Assembly (NCBI GenBank): GCA_018992685.1
Contig: JACVGT010000019.1
Coordinates: 32,001 to 96,000 of the forward strand
From: Theionarchaea archaeon
Lineage (GTDB): Archaea > Methanobacteriota_B > Thermococci > Methanofastidiosales > SZ-28-30
Reading direction: 5' to 3'
DNA: 64,000 bases
The notes beneath the pieces are model-generated. The model worked only from the letters and a program-made list of their open reading frames with translations, searched no databases and had not been told where the DNA came from. The position numbers were made by a program, and so were the translations under genes. The stretch's first letter is position 1. Each line of letters opens with the position of its first letter. Of the stretch, positions 26,179 to 36,845 are shown piece after piece.

Positions 26179-28080
26179 ATGAATACGAAAAAGATTTCGG
26201 CAATCCTGTCAGTTGTGCTCGTTGCTTCTCTTGTGATATCCCTTTTCGGGACAACTACTGTCGCTCAAGAGGAAACCATGACACAAGTACCGTTCACCGA
26301 GGACTATTCCAAGTACCAGCCATTCTTTTCGATTACGCAGATTGCTCCCATCGGGAACAAGGTCAGAGAACAGTACACCCAGGCCGTCAACCTTGATATG
26401 CCAAAGATCGGCATTAAGGCTGACTTCAAGCTGCTGGAGTTTGGAGACCTGATCAACAGGGAGTTCAACAACTACTATGGTAGTACATTCGCTGAAGACG
26501 GATTCGACATCTCTTCATTCGGCTGGTCGGTGGGTGTAGACCCCGATCCCTTTGACATATTCCACTCTTCTGCAATGACCCCCATAGGTAACAATGTGAC
26601 GTTCTGGTACTGCCCTGAGTCTGACGAGATGCTGGCCAAGGCACGAGTCGAATCAAATCAGGAAACCAGAAAGGAATACCTGTGGAGATGGCAGGAAATT
26701 ATTGCAGATGAACAGCCCTACTGTGTGGTGTATGTGCCACTGCTCATCTGGGGCTCAACAGATCAGCTGGAAGGCTTTGACCCACTGTTGTGGCTGCAGA
26801 ACTATTCTCTGGAAACATGGGAAATTCCAGGAAAGGATACCATTGTCTATGGATCACCTGCGGCTGTCGAGGGTATGCTGCCCTGGAGATGGAACTCAGT
26901 GTATGGTCGTTATCTGCATTCACAGATCTTTGAGAGTCTGTGGCTTGTGGATAACAACCTGGTGATTTCACCCCGACTTGCAGAATCAGCAACAGCAGGG
27001 CCTACCATTGTGTTCGCCCCCAGCGCTATTGATGATGCTTCAATTGAGGCTCTGGCCCCTGATGTCAAAAAGTGCAAGGTGAATGACAAGCTCGCAGAGC
27101 CTGTCGTATTCCCCGAGTACTATGACCTCAAGATCAGGCAGGGCATCATGTTCCACGATGGCGTGGAGATGACCAGTGAAGATGTCAAGTGGTCAATGGA
27201 TGCTGTCATCAGTGCAGACACTGCCTTCCAGGGATGGGGTACCTTCAGAGACATATATGACAGCTCTGAGATTATTGACAAGTACACGGTAAGAGTATAT
27301 GTCGGAATGCCCCACGCAGCATGGGTTCTGTACTGCAACCCAACTGTACTGCCCAAGCATGTCTATGGTACTATCCCCATAACAGGAGCAGAAGCTGCCA
27401 CTAGCTGGATGGAGTCTGACATCAACAGGGGAGAGAACGTCATTGGTTCTGGACCCTTCATGTTTGATTCCTGGGAAGCTGACCAGTTCTGGAAGATGAA
27501 GAAGACACCCAACTACTGGGGTGTCAAGTATGGTGTTCCCGACCCACAATTCGAATACTTCCTCATCAAGCTGATACCCGAGAGAGAAGCTGCACGTGTC
27601 GCTCTGGAAACTGGAGAAATTGACATCATGGACACGTACTACCAGCTCGGAGCAATTGCTCAGGATCTGGAAGCTACTCCTGGGTTGAAGCTGTGGACCA
27701 CAGAAGACTTCGGCTACCAGCACCTGCACTTCAACTGCCGCAACCCGTACCTGGCCAACAAGTACGTGAGACAGGCCATTTCCCACTGTATTGACAGACA
27801 GGGAATTGTGGACAACCTGTTGGGTGGCTACGGTGTACCCGGTGCTAACCCTGTTGCCGTCCCGTCATGGGCCTTCAACACCAACATTGCACCAGATGCA
27901 TATGACCTGGTCAAGGCTCGGGAAATGATGGACAAGGCAGGATACCGCTACTTCATCGTTGAGAAAGCAGGCGCAGCTGGTGGAGAAGAGGAAGCCGGAG
28001 GCGGACTCTGTCTAGGAACCATGTTCATAGCCCTTATGGTCTTGGGCGGAAATCTGCTCTATCTCAAGAAGAAAGAGTAA
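26179..28080 (+). CDS. Orphan family-5 solute-binding protein SBP3, circularly permuted, intact CLGT tail
   Basis: Close paralog of SBP1 and SBP2; ends GGLCLGTMFIALMVLGGNLLYLKKKE. Confidence 0.93.
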   Translation: MNTKKISAILSVVLVASLVISLFGTTTVAQEETMTQVPFTEDYSKYQPFFSITQIAPIGNKVREQYTQAVNLDMPKIGIKADFKLLEFGDLINREFNNYYGSTFAEDGFDISSFGWSVGVDPDPFDIFHSSAMTPIGNNVTFWYCPESDEMLAKARVESNQETRKEYLWRWQEIIADEQPYCVVYVPLLIWGSTDQLEGFDPLLWLQNYSLETWEIPGKDTIVYGSPAAVEGMLPWRWNSVYGRYLHSQIFESLWLVDNNLVISPRLAESATAGPTIVFAPSAIDDASIEALAPDVKKCKVNDKLAEPVVFPEYYDLKIRQGIMFHDGVEMTSEDVKWSMDAVISADTAFQGWGTFRDIYDSSEIIDKYTVRVYVGMPHAAWVLYCNPTVLPKHVYGTIPITGAEAATSWMESDINRGENVIGSGPFMFDSWEADQFWKMKKTPNYWGVKYGVPDPQFEYFLIKLIPEREAARVALETGEIDIMDTYYQLGAIAQDLEATPGLKLWTTEDFGYQHLHFNCRNPYLANKYVRQAISHCIDRQGIVDNLLGGYGVPGANPVAVPSWAFNTNIAPDAYDLVKAREMMDKAGYRYFIVEKAGAAGGEEEAGGGLCLGTMFIALMVLGGNLLYLKKKE

Positions 28081-28121
28081 TCCTTTTTTCCTTTTTTTCT
28101 TTGCATTTTCTCTTTTTATTT
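28081..28121 (+). terminator. Oligo-T terminator
   Basis: Several T5-T7 runs directly after the SBP3 stop. Confidence 0.65.
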
Positions 28122-28246
28122 GGAATTAAACCACTGAATCAGAAATCATTTTCTCACACACTCCACCCAATACCTGAGGAATCCTTTGCCTTGCTTTCCT
28201 TCTTGTCTCACTCAGGAATTTCTGTGTCCAGAAATCACTCACCAGA

Positions 28247-29047
28247 CTACGTCCCGTCCACTATGTGTATCACTCTCTGAGGAAAGGGTATGTGTATGCC
28301 TGCTTTTTCCAGCTCTACTTTCATTTTCCATAGCAACTCCATCTGTACTGTATACCACACCTGTGAAGGGGCCCATACCCGTATGCTCAGGCGGACACTG
28401 CTGTCCCCCAGGTCGTCCACATAAACAGCTGGTCTAGGATTGACCAGTACAAAAGGGTGTTCTTCCAGCACCTTCTTTATGACCTGTATAGCCTCCTCCG
28501 CATCATCCTCGTATCCAATTCCTATGGAATACTCAAACCGTCTGGCAGGGTATTTCACATAGTTCGTAATGTTTGACGAAAACACCTTCTCGTTCGGTAT
28601 CCTCATATACGTGCCATCAAATGTCCTCACTACTGTAGAAAGTACCCGTATATCCTCTACAACACCTGAAATATCTCCTATCTGAATCTGATCTCCGATC
28701 CTGATTGGTCTTTCAACAATCAAGAAGAGTCCTGAGATCAAATTCGAGACAACACTCTGGCTGGCAAACCCCAGCACAACACCCGCGAATCCTCCAGCAA
28801 CCAAGAGTCCAGTGAGATGAAGACCAAGTTGAGGGAGGGCAATGACAACTCCCACAGCAATTATGCCATAGTATATGAGTCTCTCCGCGATGCTGAGGAC
28901 ATGTTCAGCAACCCGTTCTTTCAGGGCTGTTCTCACATTTGTCCTCACTAATCTGGCAACGATCACAGAGATGACAACAGTTAAAAGAAACACCGCAATG
29001 TCGCGCAGAGTAACGTCGCCAAATACTGAAAGAGATTGATCCATCAT
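28247..29047 (-). CDS. mscS: Small-conductance mechanosensitive channel
   Basis: GFASQSVVSNLISG, RPIRIGD, IPNEKV, IPFPQR. Confidence 0.93.
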   Translation of the reverse strand: MMDQSLSVFGDVTLRDIAVFLLTVVISVIVARLVRTNVRTALKERVAEHVLSIAERLIYYGIIAVGVVIALPQLGLHLTGLLVAGGFAGVVLGFASQSVVSNLISGLFLIVERPIRIGDQIQIGDISGVVEDIRVLSTVVRTFDGTYMRIPNEKVFSSNITNYVKYPARRFEYSIGIGYEDDAEEAIQVIKKVLEEHPFVLVNPRPAVYVDDLGDSSVRLSIRVWAPSQVWYTVQMELLWKMKVELEKAGIHIPFPQRVIHIVDGT

Positions 29048-29781
29048 AACCCCCGCTCCATCAAAAATGATTCCTTCTCCATTACCGCCCCCTTACTTGA
29101 ATTGAAAAGTGTAGCCGCCTTCTTCATACCCACTAGGGGAGGTTCTTCCAGAAATGAGGTTTCAGCGCTGCCAGTACTGTTGACTTTCATGACAGCATTT
29201 GCCATGGCCAGCCCATCATAGAATATTCTCATGTAGCGCACGTCGAACACAAGGTTAGTTATTTCTTTGCGCTGAGGAGCAAGGTTCTCGATTTCCACGT
29301 TCGCAATACCCTCAGAAAGTGGGTCGACTTGAGGAACTTGAGTATAAACATCACTTCTCCACATCTTACAAATGACGCCATTGTCAGGATCTCCGTACAG
29401 TGTGTATTTCGGGCTCGTTACAGTAAAAAGATCTATGGGTTCTTCTTCCTTTCGTGTACTGCTGAAGAACCCCATATTCAAAGACTCTTCTGTTTCGGGG
29501 AAAACACCAATCTCAATGGGAAAGGTCACAACCACAGTAATCTTACTCCTGGAGGGCACCAACACGGGGAAGGCCGTTCTGATCAGCAGATAATGGGTTA
29601 TCATTTCCGGCTGAGTAACTGGTTCCACAGGGGTCACCAGCAAATTGAAAGGAGATGGCATAATTTTTTTGAGTTCGCTATCAGATTTCCGATGGTAGAC
29701 ATATAGTCCTTTTTCCTGATATGTTTCTATCGTAGAGGAACCGAGGCTGACTGGTTTCCCGAATTGATAGGAACCGAACAT
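29044..29781 (-). CDS. DUF432-like archaeal protein
   Basis: MFGSY start, PVEPV, TFPIEIGVF, KYTLYG; translationally coupled to mscS. Confidence 0.78.
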   Translation of the reverse strand: MFGSYQFGKPVSLGSSTIETYQEKGLYVYHRKSDSELKKIMPSPFNLLVTPVEPVTQPEMITHYLLIRTAFPVLVPSRSKITVVVTFPIEIGVFPETEESLNMGFFSSTRKEEEPIDLFTVTSPKYTLYGDPDNGVICKMWRSDVYTQVPQVDPLSEGIANVEIENLAPQRKEITNLVFDVRYMRIFYDGLAMANAVMKVNSTGSAETSFLEEPPLVGMKKAATLFNSSKGAVMEKESFLMERGL

Positions 29782-29961
29782 GTCCCCTTTTCTTTCTCGA
29801 GATTTATAAAGGTTGCAGTGTGGTTACAGGCCAGGATGGGGCCAATTCAGGTGCCCTGACATGTCTGTCCTGCAGTCTTTCCAGTGCTGCTGTATCGCTC
29901 CCCGAAGAAAAAGAAAAGTTTAAGTAGACTCTTGTCGATCAACATCTATGGAGGAACAATC

Positions 29962-30360
29962 ATGATTGGAACATTACCTGACTTGCTCTTGCATGCACTT
30001 CTGGAAACAATTCCCATAGAGTTCTCAGTGCTGGACACAGATGATAGAGTGCTGGCCTGGAACAAACATGACACACGAATCTTCAGAAGGCCTTCGGGAG
30101 AGGTGGGAAGGAATGTCCGTGACTGTCACCCAAAGAAGAGCCTGCATAAGGTTGAGCAGATTCTGAAGGAAATGAAGGAAGGAAAAAGAGATAAAGCCAC
30201 GTTCTGGATTGACCTGGAGAGGAATGGAAAAATCTCAAAAATCCTCATCGAATATTACGCTCTACGGGACGAGGAAGGGACCTACCTGGGCTGTCTGGAA
30301 GCCAGTCAAGACATCACGGACATGAGAGAGCTGGAAGGCGAAAGACGGTTGCTTGAATAA
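29962..30360 (+). CDS. Stand-alone PAS-domain protein
   Basis: IFRRPSGEVGRNVRDCHP, YLGCLEASQDIT; GGAGG RBS. Confidence 0.85.
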   Translation: MIGTLPDLLLHALLETIPIEFSVLDTDDRVLAWNKHDTRIFRRPSGEVGRNVRDCHPKKSLHKVEQILKEMKEGKRDKATFWIDLERNGKISKILIEYYALRDEEGTYLGCLEASQDITDMRELEGERRLLE

Positions 30361-30433
30361 GGATTGACACAGTGGTTCCCCTTTTTTATGTCTCTCTCAT
30401 GCCGGTATTCTAGACGTTCTCTGTGAGGTGGGT

Positions 30434-31315
30434 TTACAGGTCAATGTTGAAGAACATCCTCATAAAAATTCCTATCACAAAGGTTATTCCTGCAATACCC
30501 AGGCTGATAAGAGCCATCTCCAAGAATCGTTTCCTGAAGGACACATCCTGCACCACGGAAATGTAGAACGTGAACACCATAATCACTGTGACTGCAATGA
30601 GCAGGGCAGCCCCCAGGCAGACAAAATATGAATCAAAAAGCACGTATGGAAAAATCAACAACAGGACTGTTCCCACATATGTGATACCCGTGTAAACAGA
30701 TGCTTTCACTGCATTCTGATCGATCCTCTGGGACTTGGTGGACAAGTACTCTGAAGCTGCCATGGACAGAGAAGCAGCAATCCCTGTTATCAACCCCACC
30801 ATGGCGATAAGGTCAGTTCGTTGTAGTGTCAGGGTAAACCCCGCAAGAGCCCCCAATAACTCCACCAGCGCATCATTCAACCCAAGGACAATTGAACCCA
30901 CGTATCGGAGCTTTTCCTCGTCCAGCAGTGCTATGAGCTCGTGCTCATGAACATCCTCATCTTTCTGAATTTCATTGGCCTCGGGAATGGATTCAGAGAC
31001 TTTCTCGTATACGTGCTGTGCCTTCTCTTCTCCTCTTTCCATCAGCTTGATTCCGAAGGTCAATCCCAGCACTTTCGAGACTGCGCAGTAATAGCCGATT
31101 TTCAGTCGGGAGGGCTTCACCTCTTCCCTGGTAAACTTTTTCCAGAAATCATAGTGAGTTAATTCATCCTGGGAGATACGCTGCAGTATCTCTTTGTTGT
31201 GAGGATTCTTCACCCACCGGGCGAGATTGCTGTATATGTGGTGCTCTGTTATTTCAGTCCTCTGCACGTTCAACAAGATATTTCTGATCCTTTTGCCGAG
31301 GGGTTCGTGCACCAT
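30434..31315 (-). CDS. Rubrerythrin-like/VIT1-CCC1 family iron transporter
   Basis: ExxH motifs (DELTH, DEDVH) then VLGLNDALVE and SMAASEYLS. Confidence 0.88.
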   Translation of the reverse strand: MVHEPLGKRIRNILLNVQRTEITEHHIYSNLARWVKNPHNKEILQRISQDELTHYDFWKKFTREEVKPSRLKIGYYCAVSKVLGLTFGIKLMERGEEKAQHVYEKVSESIPEANEIQKDEDVHEHELIALLDEEKLRYVGSIVLGLNDALVELLGALAGFTLTLQRTDLIAMVGLITGIAASLSMAASEYLSTKSQRIDQNAVKASVYTGITYVGTVLLLIFPYVLFDSYFVCLGAALLIAVTVIMVFTFYISVVQDVSFRKRFLEMALISLGIAGITFVIGIFMRMFFNIDL

Positions 31316-31457
31316 GAGGAAGAATGGTTTTTTTCATATATAAGGGTTTGTAACTCCCGAATTACCACAGAATCTGTTCTTACTGCTTTGGAACCTGGTT
31401 TTCCGCAAGATTTAAAAGGTTGCACCCTCATAGAAGTAGATCAATGGAGAAGACGTC

Positions 31458-33920
31458 ATGATGAAAAAGAAAGCACTCGGTTGCCTTGTCATCTTCATGG
31501 TCATGAGTGTGTTTATCCCCCCCGCCAGCTGTCAGTCCAGCTGGACGGTCATGGTCTACATGGACGGGGACAACAACCTGGAAGCTGCTGCCATTGATGA
31601 CCTGAATGAACTGGAAGCTATTGGATCATCAACTGAGGTGAATATTCTGGTGCAGCTCGATCGAATCGAGGGCTGGGACAGTTCAAATGGCGACTGGACG
31701 AGCACCCGAAGGTACTTTGTCCCTCAGGATCTTAATGGATATGATAGCCTCATTGTTTCTACACTGATTGCGGACCTCGGTGAGTTGAATATGGGTGACC
31801 CCACCACCCTGACGAATTTTGTCGATTGGGCACGTACGAATTATCCTGCAGATAACTATCTTCTTGTGTTGTGGGATCATGGTGATGGCTGGAAAACACG
31901 GCTAACCCAGATTACCACGAAAGGAAAAATCACCAGTATACAGAAAAAAGAGCCTCTAAAAGGCGTGTGTCTTGATGATACCAGTGGTGATTATTTGACC
32001 ATGCCTGATCTGAGGACCGCACTCAATGCTGCTACAAGCGGAGGAACGGATCCTCTTGATATCATTGGATTTGATGCGTGTCTCATGGCCATGCTGGAGG
32101 TGGAATATGAAGTCATGCCCTACTGTTCATACATGGTGGGGTCAGAGGAATCTGTACCCTTTGACGGGTGGGATTATCTCACCACCACCAACTGGCTGGT
32201 CACAAACTTTGCCTGCACGCCTGATCAGCTTGCTTCCCGGATTGTCACAGACTATATGAACTTCTATGGATTCCTGGGATTTGAAACCCATTCTGCAGTA
32301 GATTTGTCGCTCACCTCTGCTCTGGCAACTGCAGTCAGTACCATGGCAACTGATCTGGCCAATGGACTCCCCGGGTACTTTTCGGGAATTCAAGCTGCCC
32401 GGGACCAGGTAGAAGTCTATATGGATTATGATTTCATCGATTTATACCATTTTGCTCAGTTGCTTCAGGCTGAGATACCTGATGCTCAGATCCAGATTGA
32501 TACCCAGAACGTGATGAATGCTGTCACCGCTGCAGTAATCCAGGAAGGACATGGTGTATCCAACTCCGATTCCCACGGCGTCTCCATTTACTTTCCCTAT
32601 GGATTTTGTAGCTACCTCTCCTCATACTCTCTGGAAACGAGCTTTGCTGCTTCAACAGCATGGGATGAGTTCCTGATATCGTACTATACCACTGTTCCTC
32701 CGCCCACCCACTCTGTGGCTGTCATTGATGATGATAACGGAGGATGCGGAACCCTGACTAACGTTGAATCCTTCTACACCACCGTCCTGGATGCCTTGAG
32801 TATCCCCTATGATTACTATAACGCTGCCATCCATGGCACTCCGAGCCTGAGTTACCTGCAGTCTCATGCGTTTGTAATCTGGTTCACAGGGTCAGATTTT
32901 TCTACGACCCTGTCGCCTGCAGACGAGAATGTACTCATCCAGTACCTGATAGGAGGAGGGAAGCTCTTCTTTTCCAGCCAGGACTATGTATGGGACATAA
33001 AAAATGACGGCCGGTATCCCACCACGTTTCTGAGAACCTATCTGCACACAGAAACTGAAGGTGAAGACACGGGAGTGAACTACCTCACGGGAGAAGGAGG
33101 TAACGAAGTGGGGGATGGGTTCGCTTCTCTCCCCATGTGCTGGACCCCTCCTGCTTCCTGTGGATTCATGGACTATGCCGACAGAATAGATAAAGATGCT
33201 GCGTCAGAGTATGCTTTCCGTAATGAGGCAGGGGAATATGTGGCCCTGACCTTTTCGGGAACCTACGAAGTGGTGTTTTTTGCATTCAGGTTCGAAGGCA
33301 TCAGTTACGCAGATAGAGTCCTTATCATGCAGCGAATCTTTGATTTCCTTGGTCCTCTTCCCACCCTGGGCTCCCTCGCTGAACTGTTCAGCACGAATAC
33401 GTTCCTGGTCTCAGGAGACACAGCCTACGCCACTGATGTTCTGGGAGCCAGTAATATTGCTTTTGCCCTGGGACTTGCAGGTGCCTTGGAAAATCCAGAA
33501 GGAAGGACTGATCTCACCCTAACTACATGGGAGCACGACAACGGCAATTTGATTCCTGTCGGGGGACCTGCTGTTAACCCCATAGCCACTGAATTTAGTC
33601 TCTACTTCAACGTTACATACAACTACGTGCCGGGAGTGAGCTTTGAGATCTTTGCAGATGCCCAGTCAGCCTACCTGGATTTGACTCAGTATCCTCTGGA
33701 GGATATCGCAATGATCTATGTGGGTGAACAGAATAACCGGTACATTCTGCTGGTTTGGGGGTATGGGTGGCAGGGCACCTATGCGGCATCAGTATTCCTT
33801 GAAGATATTACCAACTGGAACCTGTATCAGGGAGCGCATATGATCATAGTGAGGTGGAATGATTTGAATATTGATGGGTTGGTGCAGGCTGGTGAAATTG
33901 TGGTGGAAGCATATGCATAA
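31458..33920 (+). CDS. Secreted clostripain-family (C11) cysteine peptidase with C-terminal surface domains
   Basis: WTVMVYMDGDNNLE, LWDHGDGW, GFDACLM; C-terminal VGGPAVN motif. Confidence 0.9.
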   Translation: MMKKKALGCLVIFMVMSVFIPPASCQSSWTVMVYMDGDNNLEAAAIDDLNELEAIGSSTEVNILVQLDRIEGWDSSNGDWTSTRRYFVPQDLNGYDSLIVSTLIADLGELNMGDPTTLTNFVDWARTNYPADNYLLVLWDHGDGWKTRLTQITTKGKITSIQKKEPLKGVCLDDTSGDYLTMPDLRTALNAATSGGTDPLDIIGFDACLMAMLEVEYEVMPYCSYMVGSEESVPFDGWDYLTTTNWLVTNFACTPDQLASRIVTDYMNFYGFLGFETHSAVDLSLTSALATAVSTMATDLANGLPGYFSGIQAARDQVEVYMDYDFIDLYHFAQLLQAEIPDAQIQIDTQNVMNAVTAAVIQEGHGVSNSDSHGVSIYFPYGFCSYLSSYSLETSFAASTAWDEFLISYYTTVPPPTHSVAVIDDDNGGCGTLTNVESFYTTVLDALSIPYDYYNAAIHGTPSLSYLQSHAFVIWFTGSDFSTTLSPADENVLIQYLIGGGKLFFSSQDYVWDIKNDGRYPTTFLRTYLHTETEGEDTGVNYLTGEGGNEVGDGFASLPMCWTPPASCGFMDYADRIDKDAASEYAFRNEAGEYVALTFSGTYEVVFFAFRFEGISYADRVLIMQRIFDFLGPLPTLGSLAELFSTNTFLVSGDTAYATDVLGASNIAFALGLAGALENPEGRTDLTLTTWEHDNGNLIPVGGPAVNPIATEFSLYFNVTYNYVPGVSFEIFADAQSAYLDLTQYPLEDIAMIYVGEQNNRYILLVWGYGWQGTYAASVFLEDITNWNLYQGAHMIIVRWNDLNIDGLVQAGEIVVEAYA

Positions 33921-33921
33921 G

Positions 33922-34938
33922 ATGCATGTGATGAAGGTAGCCATTCTTGGGCTCCTGATGGCTGGAATGATCTTCCCGGCATCCTGCTGCCTGTCAGATC
34001 CCACTGTGACGGTAATCTACAACCTGGATGTGAACATGGAATTGCTGAAACTCTTGAGTAAAGAAGGGTTTTCATTTCAACTGGTGGAGGACATTGTTCC
34101 TTCTTTTGGTGCTCCGGGCAGACGAGAATTCGCTGTGTACAGGGCGCATTACGGATTGGCCACGGCCATGGTCGCCTCTGACATGGTGGCCCTGAAGGCT
34201 CATGAAGAAAAGTACGACTGGGAAACCGGAGTAAAGACAGAACTGCTCTTTCTTCAGACAATTGGAGTCATTGGATACATCGATGTGGGAACAATCGCTC
34301 AGGTAGCTTCCTGGGACACTGCCTCTGGTAGGAATCTGTTTCTGGTTCCCGAAGGTGTGGACACCGTTGTGTTGGGGGATGACCAGTATCCTGCAGGACA
34401 ATCAGTGACAACTGACTACCTGTGCATCAAGAATGAGTGGCTTGCTGTTCCTGGAAATGCAACTGTCTCTGCACAGGGAAATGTTCTCACGGTGACCCTG
34501 TTGCGGTGCGGAGGAGAGATTATAGCAGACACGAGCAAACTGTCGCTATTTGGTCCCTTCAGAGAGGTAATTCTGGTGTGCAACTCAATAGACTATGAGA
34601 TGACTGGCAAAGAGCTGAGAACTATCCTCACTGAAAAAGGATACAGGGTAAGAAGGTTATCTCCCGATGAATTCAACGTATATCGGTGGTTTTCACCGAG
34701 AGTCGTCCTCCTGGGCGGTCATGAGGCGCCAGAAGGCATGGGAGATATTGTCGCGGCTCTCCTCAGTCAATCCGAAAAACAGATGATCGAAAAAACGGGT
34801 CCGTATCTCTTTGCCGTAGACGGCAGAGATTTCAGGAAGCAGTCCATGATTATTCTTGCTGGAAAAGATAGGGAGGGCACTCATGAAATTACACTGAGCA
34901 GAATCGATGATATTGTTATGTGGATTGAAGCATATTAG
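33922..34938 (+). CDS. Secreted hypothetical protein with an S-layer-like C-terminal domain
   Basis: Signal peptide; NSIDY, LLGGHEAPEG, ILAGKDREGT; start codon uncertain. Confidence 0.65.
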   Translation: MHVMKVAILGLLMAGMIFPASCCLSDPTVTVIYNLDVNMELLKLLSKEGFSFQLVEDIVPSFGAPGRREFAVYRAHYGLATAMVASDMVALKAHEEKYDWETGVKTELLFLQTIGVIGYIDVGTIAQVASWDTASGRNLFLVPEGVDTVVLGDDQYPAGQSVTTDYLCIKNEWLAVPGNATVSAQGNVLTVTLLRCGGEIIADTSKLSLFGPFREVILVCNSIDYEMTGKELRTILTEKGYRVRRLSPDEFNVYRWFSPRVVLLGGHEAPEGMGDIVAALLSQSEKQMIEKTGPYLFAVDGRDFRKQSMIILAGKDREGTHEITLSRIDDIVMWIEAY

Positions 34939-35248
34939 GAATGGACTTCATTCGCGGCCCGACTGGAAATCATCTTTCGAACTATTCCTGAAAATAAATG
35001 TAATCTGAAATATACAGTGCAAAAAAGCCCCCCACCTGTGAAGTGAGGAATTGACTGATATTCAGAATATCGCTGGACCCGTGTACAGAAATGAGGCAAA
35101 AACCAATATTCTCCTGTAACCTGCTACTCTTTTTTAGAATATTCGCAATTCATACACTTCATATTGTGTTTTTTACAATTTCCTGCCCATATTACTCAAA
35201 AAGCTTATAAGTCCAAATGGCAAAAAAGGGCAAAGAGGGAGACTTCCC

Positions 35249-36289
35249 ATGAAGAACCTTCATAGCCTAGTCCATAGCGTAGCAAAAGCCAAATACAGGC
35301 ATCAACCATACAAGATGACGTATGCGGTAACCTACCAGTGTAACGCACGGTGTAGAATCTGTAATATCTGGAAAGAATACGTGCAATTCCCCCAGAAGAT
35401 AGCAGAAGAATTGACTCTGCGGGAAATCAATGCCATTTTCTCGCAGTTCGATCTTTCATGGATTTCTCTGACCGGCGGGGAACCGTTTCTTCGGAATGAT
35501 CTTCTTGACGTTGTAACTACAATAGACGACTGCAGCCCCCGGTTGACCCTGCTGACTGTTCCCACCAATGGATCACTCCCTGAGACTACCCTTACCACGG
35601 TAGAGTCGATTCTGGAAGAGACTCACATTCCCAACGTTATTATCACCGTGAGTTTAGATGGGGATACGCTCCTCCATGACAGGCTGAGAGATGTACCCGG
35701 ATTGTGGAAAAAAGCCCGCACCACGTACGAACTTCTTTCAGCCATAGAAAATGACAGATTCAGTGTTTTGCTGGAGTTTACCGTCTCCAAGCACAACGCC
35801 GGCCATCTTGACAGAGCCATTAAATCCTTTGGCGCAGACTACTCAAAAGTGGTGATCACTGCTGCCCATTCGTCTTACTTCTACCGAACAGAACCTCACA
35901 GTCTCCATAATTCAGGTTCGGCCCTGCAGGTAGGCCAGTTCAATACTTCATGTCCAAAATATGATCCACAAAGTATTCTTTCTCTTCTTTATACCAAGAT
36001 ACTGGAAAAATATCTGATGGGAACTCCTATTTCTTTCCGCTGTGTTTCAGGTCGTTCATCCTTCTTTTTGGATCCTTATGGGGTCTTGTACCCGTGTATT
36101 ACCATGGATGCACCTTTTGGCAGCCTGCGTGAGGATTCGGTACAGGACATACTGGGCGGAGAACATGCTTCATCTATTGTCCATCGCATTAGAGAGGGTA
36201 AATGCCCAGGATGCTGGACTCCCTGCGAAGCATACCAGACAATAGTTGAGAACCTCCCGCAAGCAGTCATTGCAGCCTACATGAAGTGA
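35249..36289 (+). CDS. Radical SAM protein with SPASM/twitch domain
   Basis: CNARCRIC, LTGGEPF, C-terminal CVSG...YPC...CPGCWTPC. Confidence 0.92.
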   Translation: MKNLHSLVHSVAKAKYRHQPYKMTYAVTYQCNARCRICNIWKEYVQFPQKIAEELTLREINAIFSQFDLSWISLTGGEPFLRNDLLDVVTTIDDCSPRLTLLTVPTNGSLPETTLTTVESILEETHIPNVIITVSLDGDTLLHDRLRDVPGLWKKARTTYELLSAIENDRFSVLLEFTVSKHNAGHLDRAIKSFGADYSKVVITAAHSSYFYRTEPHSLHNSGSALQVGQFNTSCPKYDPQSILSLLYTKILEKYLMGTPISFRCVSGRSSFFLDPYGVLYPCITMDAPFGSLREDSVQDILGGEHASSIVHRIREGKCPGCWTPCEAYQTIVENLPQAVIAAYMK

Positions 36290-36357
36290 CACGCAGTTCT
36301 GGTACAGCTTGTCCGTGACGAGGGAACATATTTAAGTTGTGGAATTCTGCTTGTCAA

Positions 36358-36759
36358 ATGCTGAAAGGAATGCTTATCCAGTTCGTCAAATTCTGCCTGG
36401 TAGGGAGCACCGGAGCTTTGATCAACCTGGGACTGCTCTACCTCCTTACTGAATTCTGTCACATGTGGTATATCCTTTCTGCTGCTGTGGGGTTCACGGT
36501 GGCTGTTCTAAACAACTTTGTGTGGAACAGATCGTGGACCTTCAAGAACAAAAGTCCCCGCATTCCCAGACAACTCCTCCTCTTCTTCATCATTAATGTC
36601 ATTTCTCTGTGTATCAACCTGTCTGTATTGTACATGCTCACTGAATACGCGGGGATGTGGTATATGAAAGCCCAGATTGTGGCTATTCTTGTGGCAGTCA
36701 GCAACAACTTCCTTGGAAACAGAAGGTTCACCTTCTCCCTTCTCGTCCTTAACTTTTGA
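36358..36759 (+). CDS. GtrA-family membrane protein
   Basis: QFVKFCLVG, NFVWNRSWTF, NFLGNRRFTF. Confidence 0.88.
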   Translation: MLKGMLIQFVKFCLVGSTGALINLGLLYLLTEFCHMWYILSAAVGFTVAVLNNFVWNRSWTFKNKSPRIPRQLLLFFIINVISLCINLSVLYMLTEYAGMWYMKAQIVAILVAVSNNFLGNRRFTFSLLVLNF

Positions 36760-36845
36760 TGGTCTTCAATTCCGGACATACCCTCCCTGTCTGATATGGT
36801 TCCTGCCACATTCAGAGCCCGCTTACCAACCCTTAAAAGGAGTAC

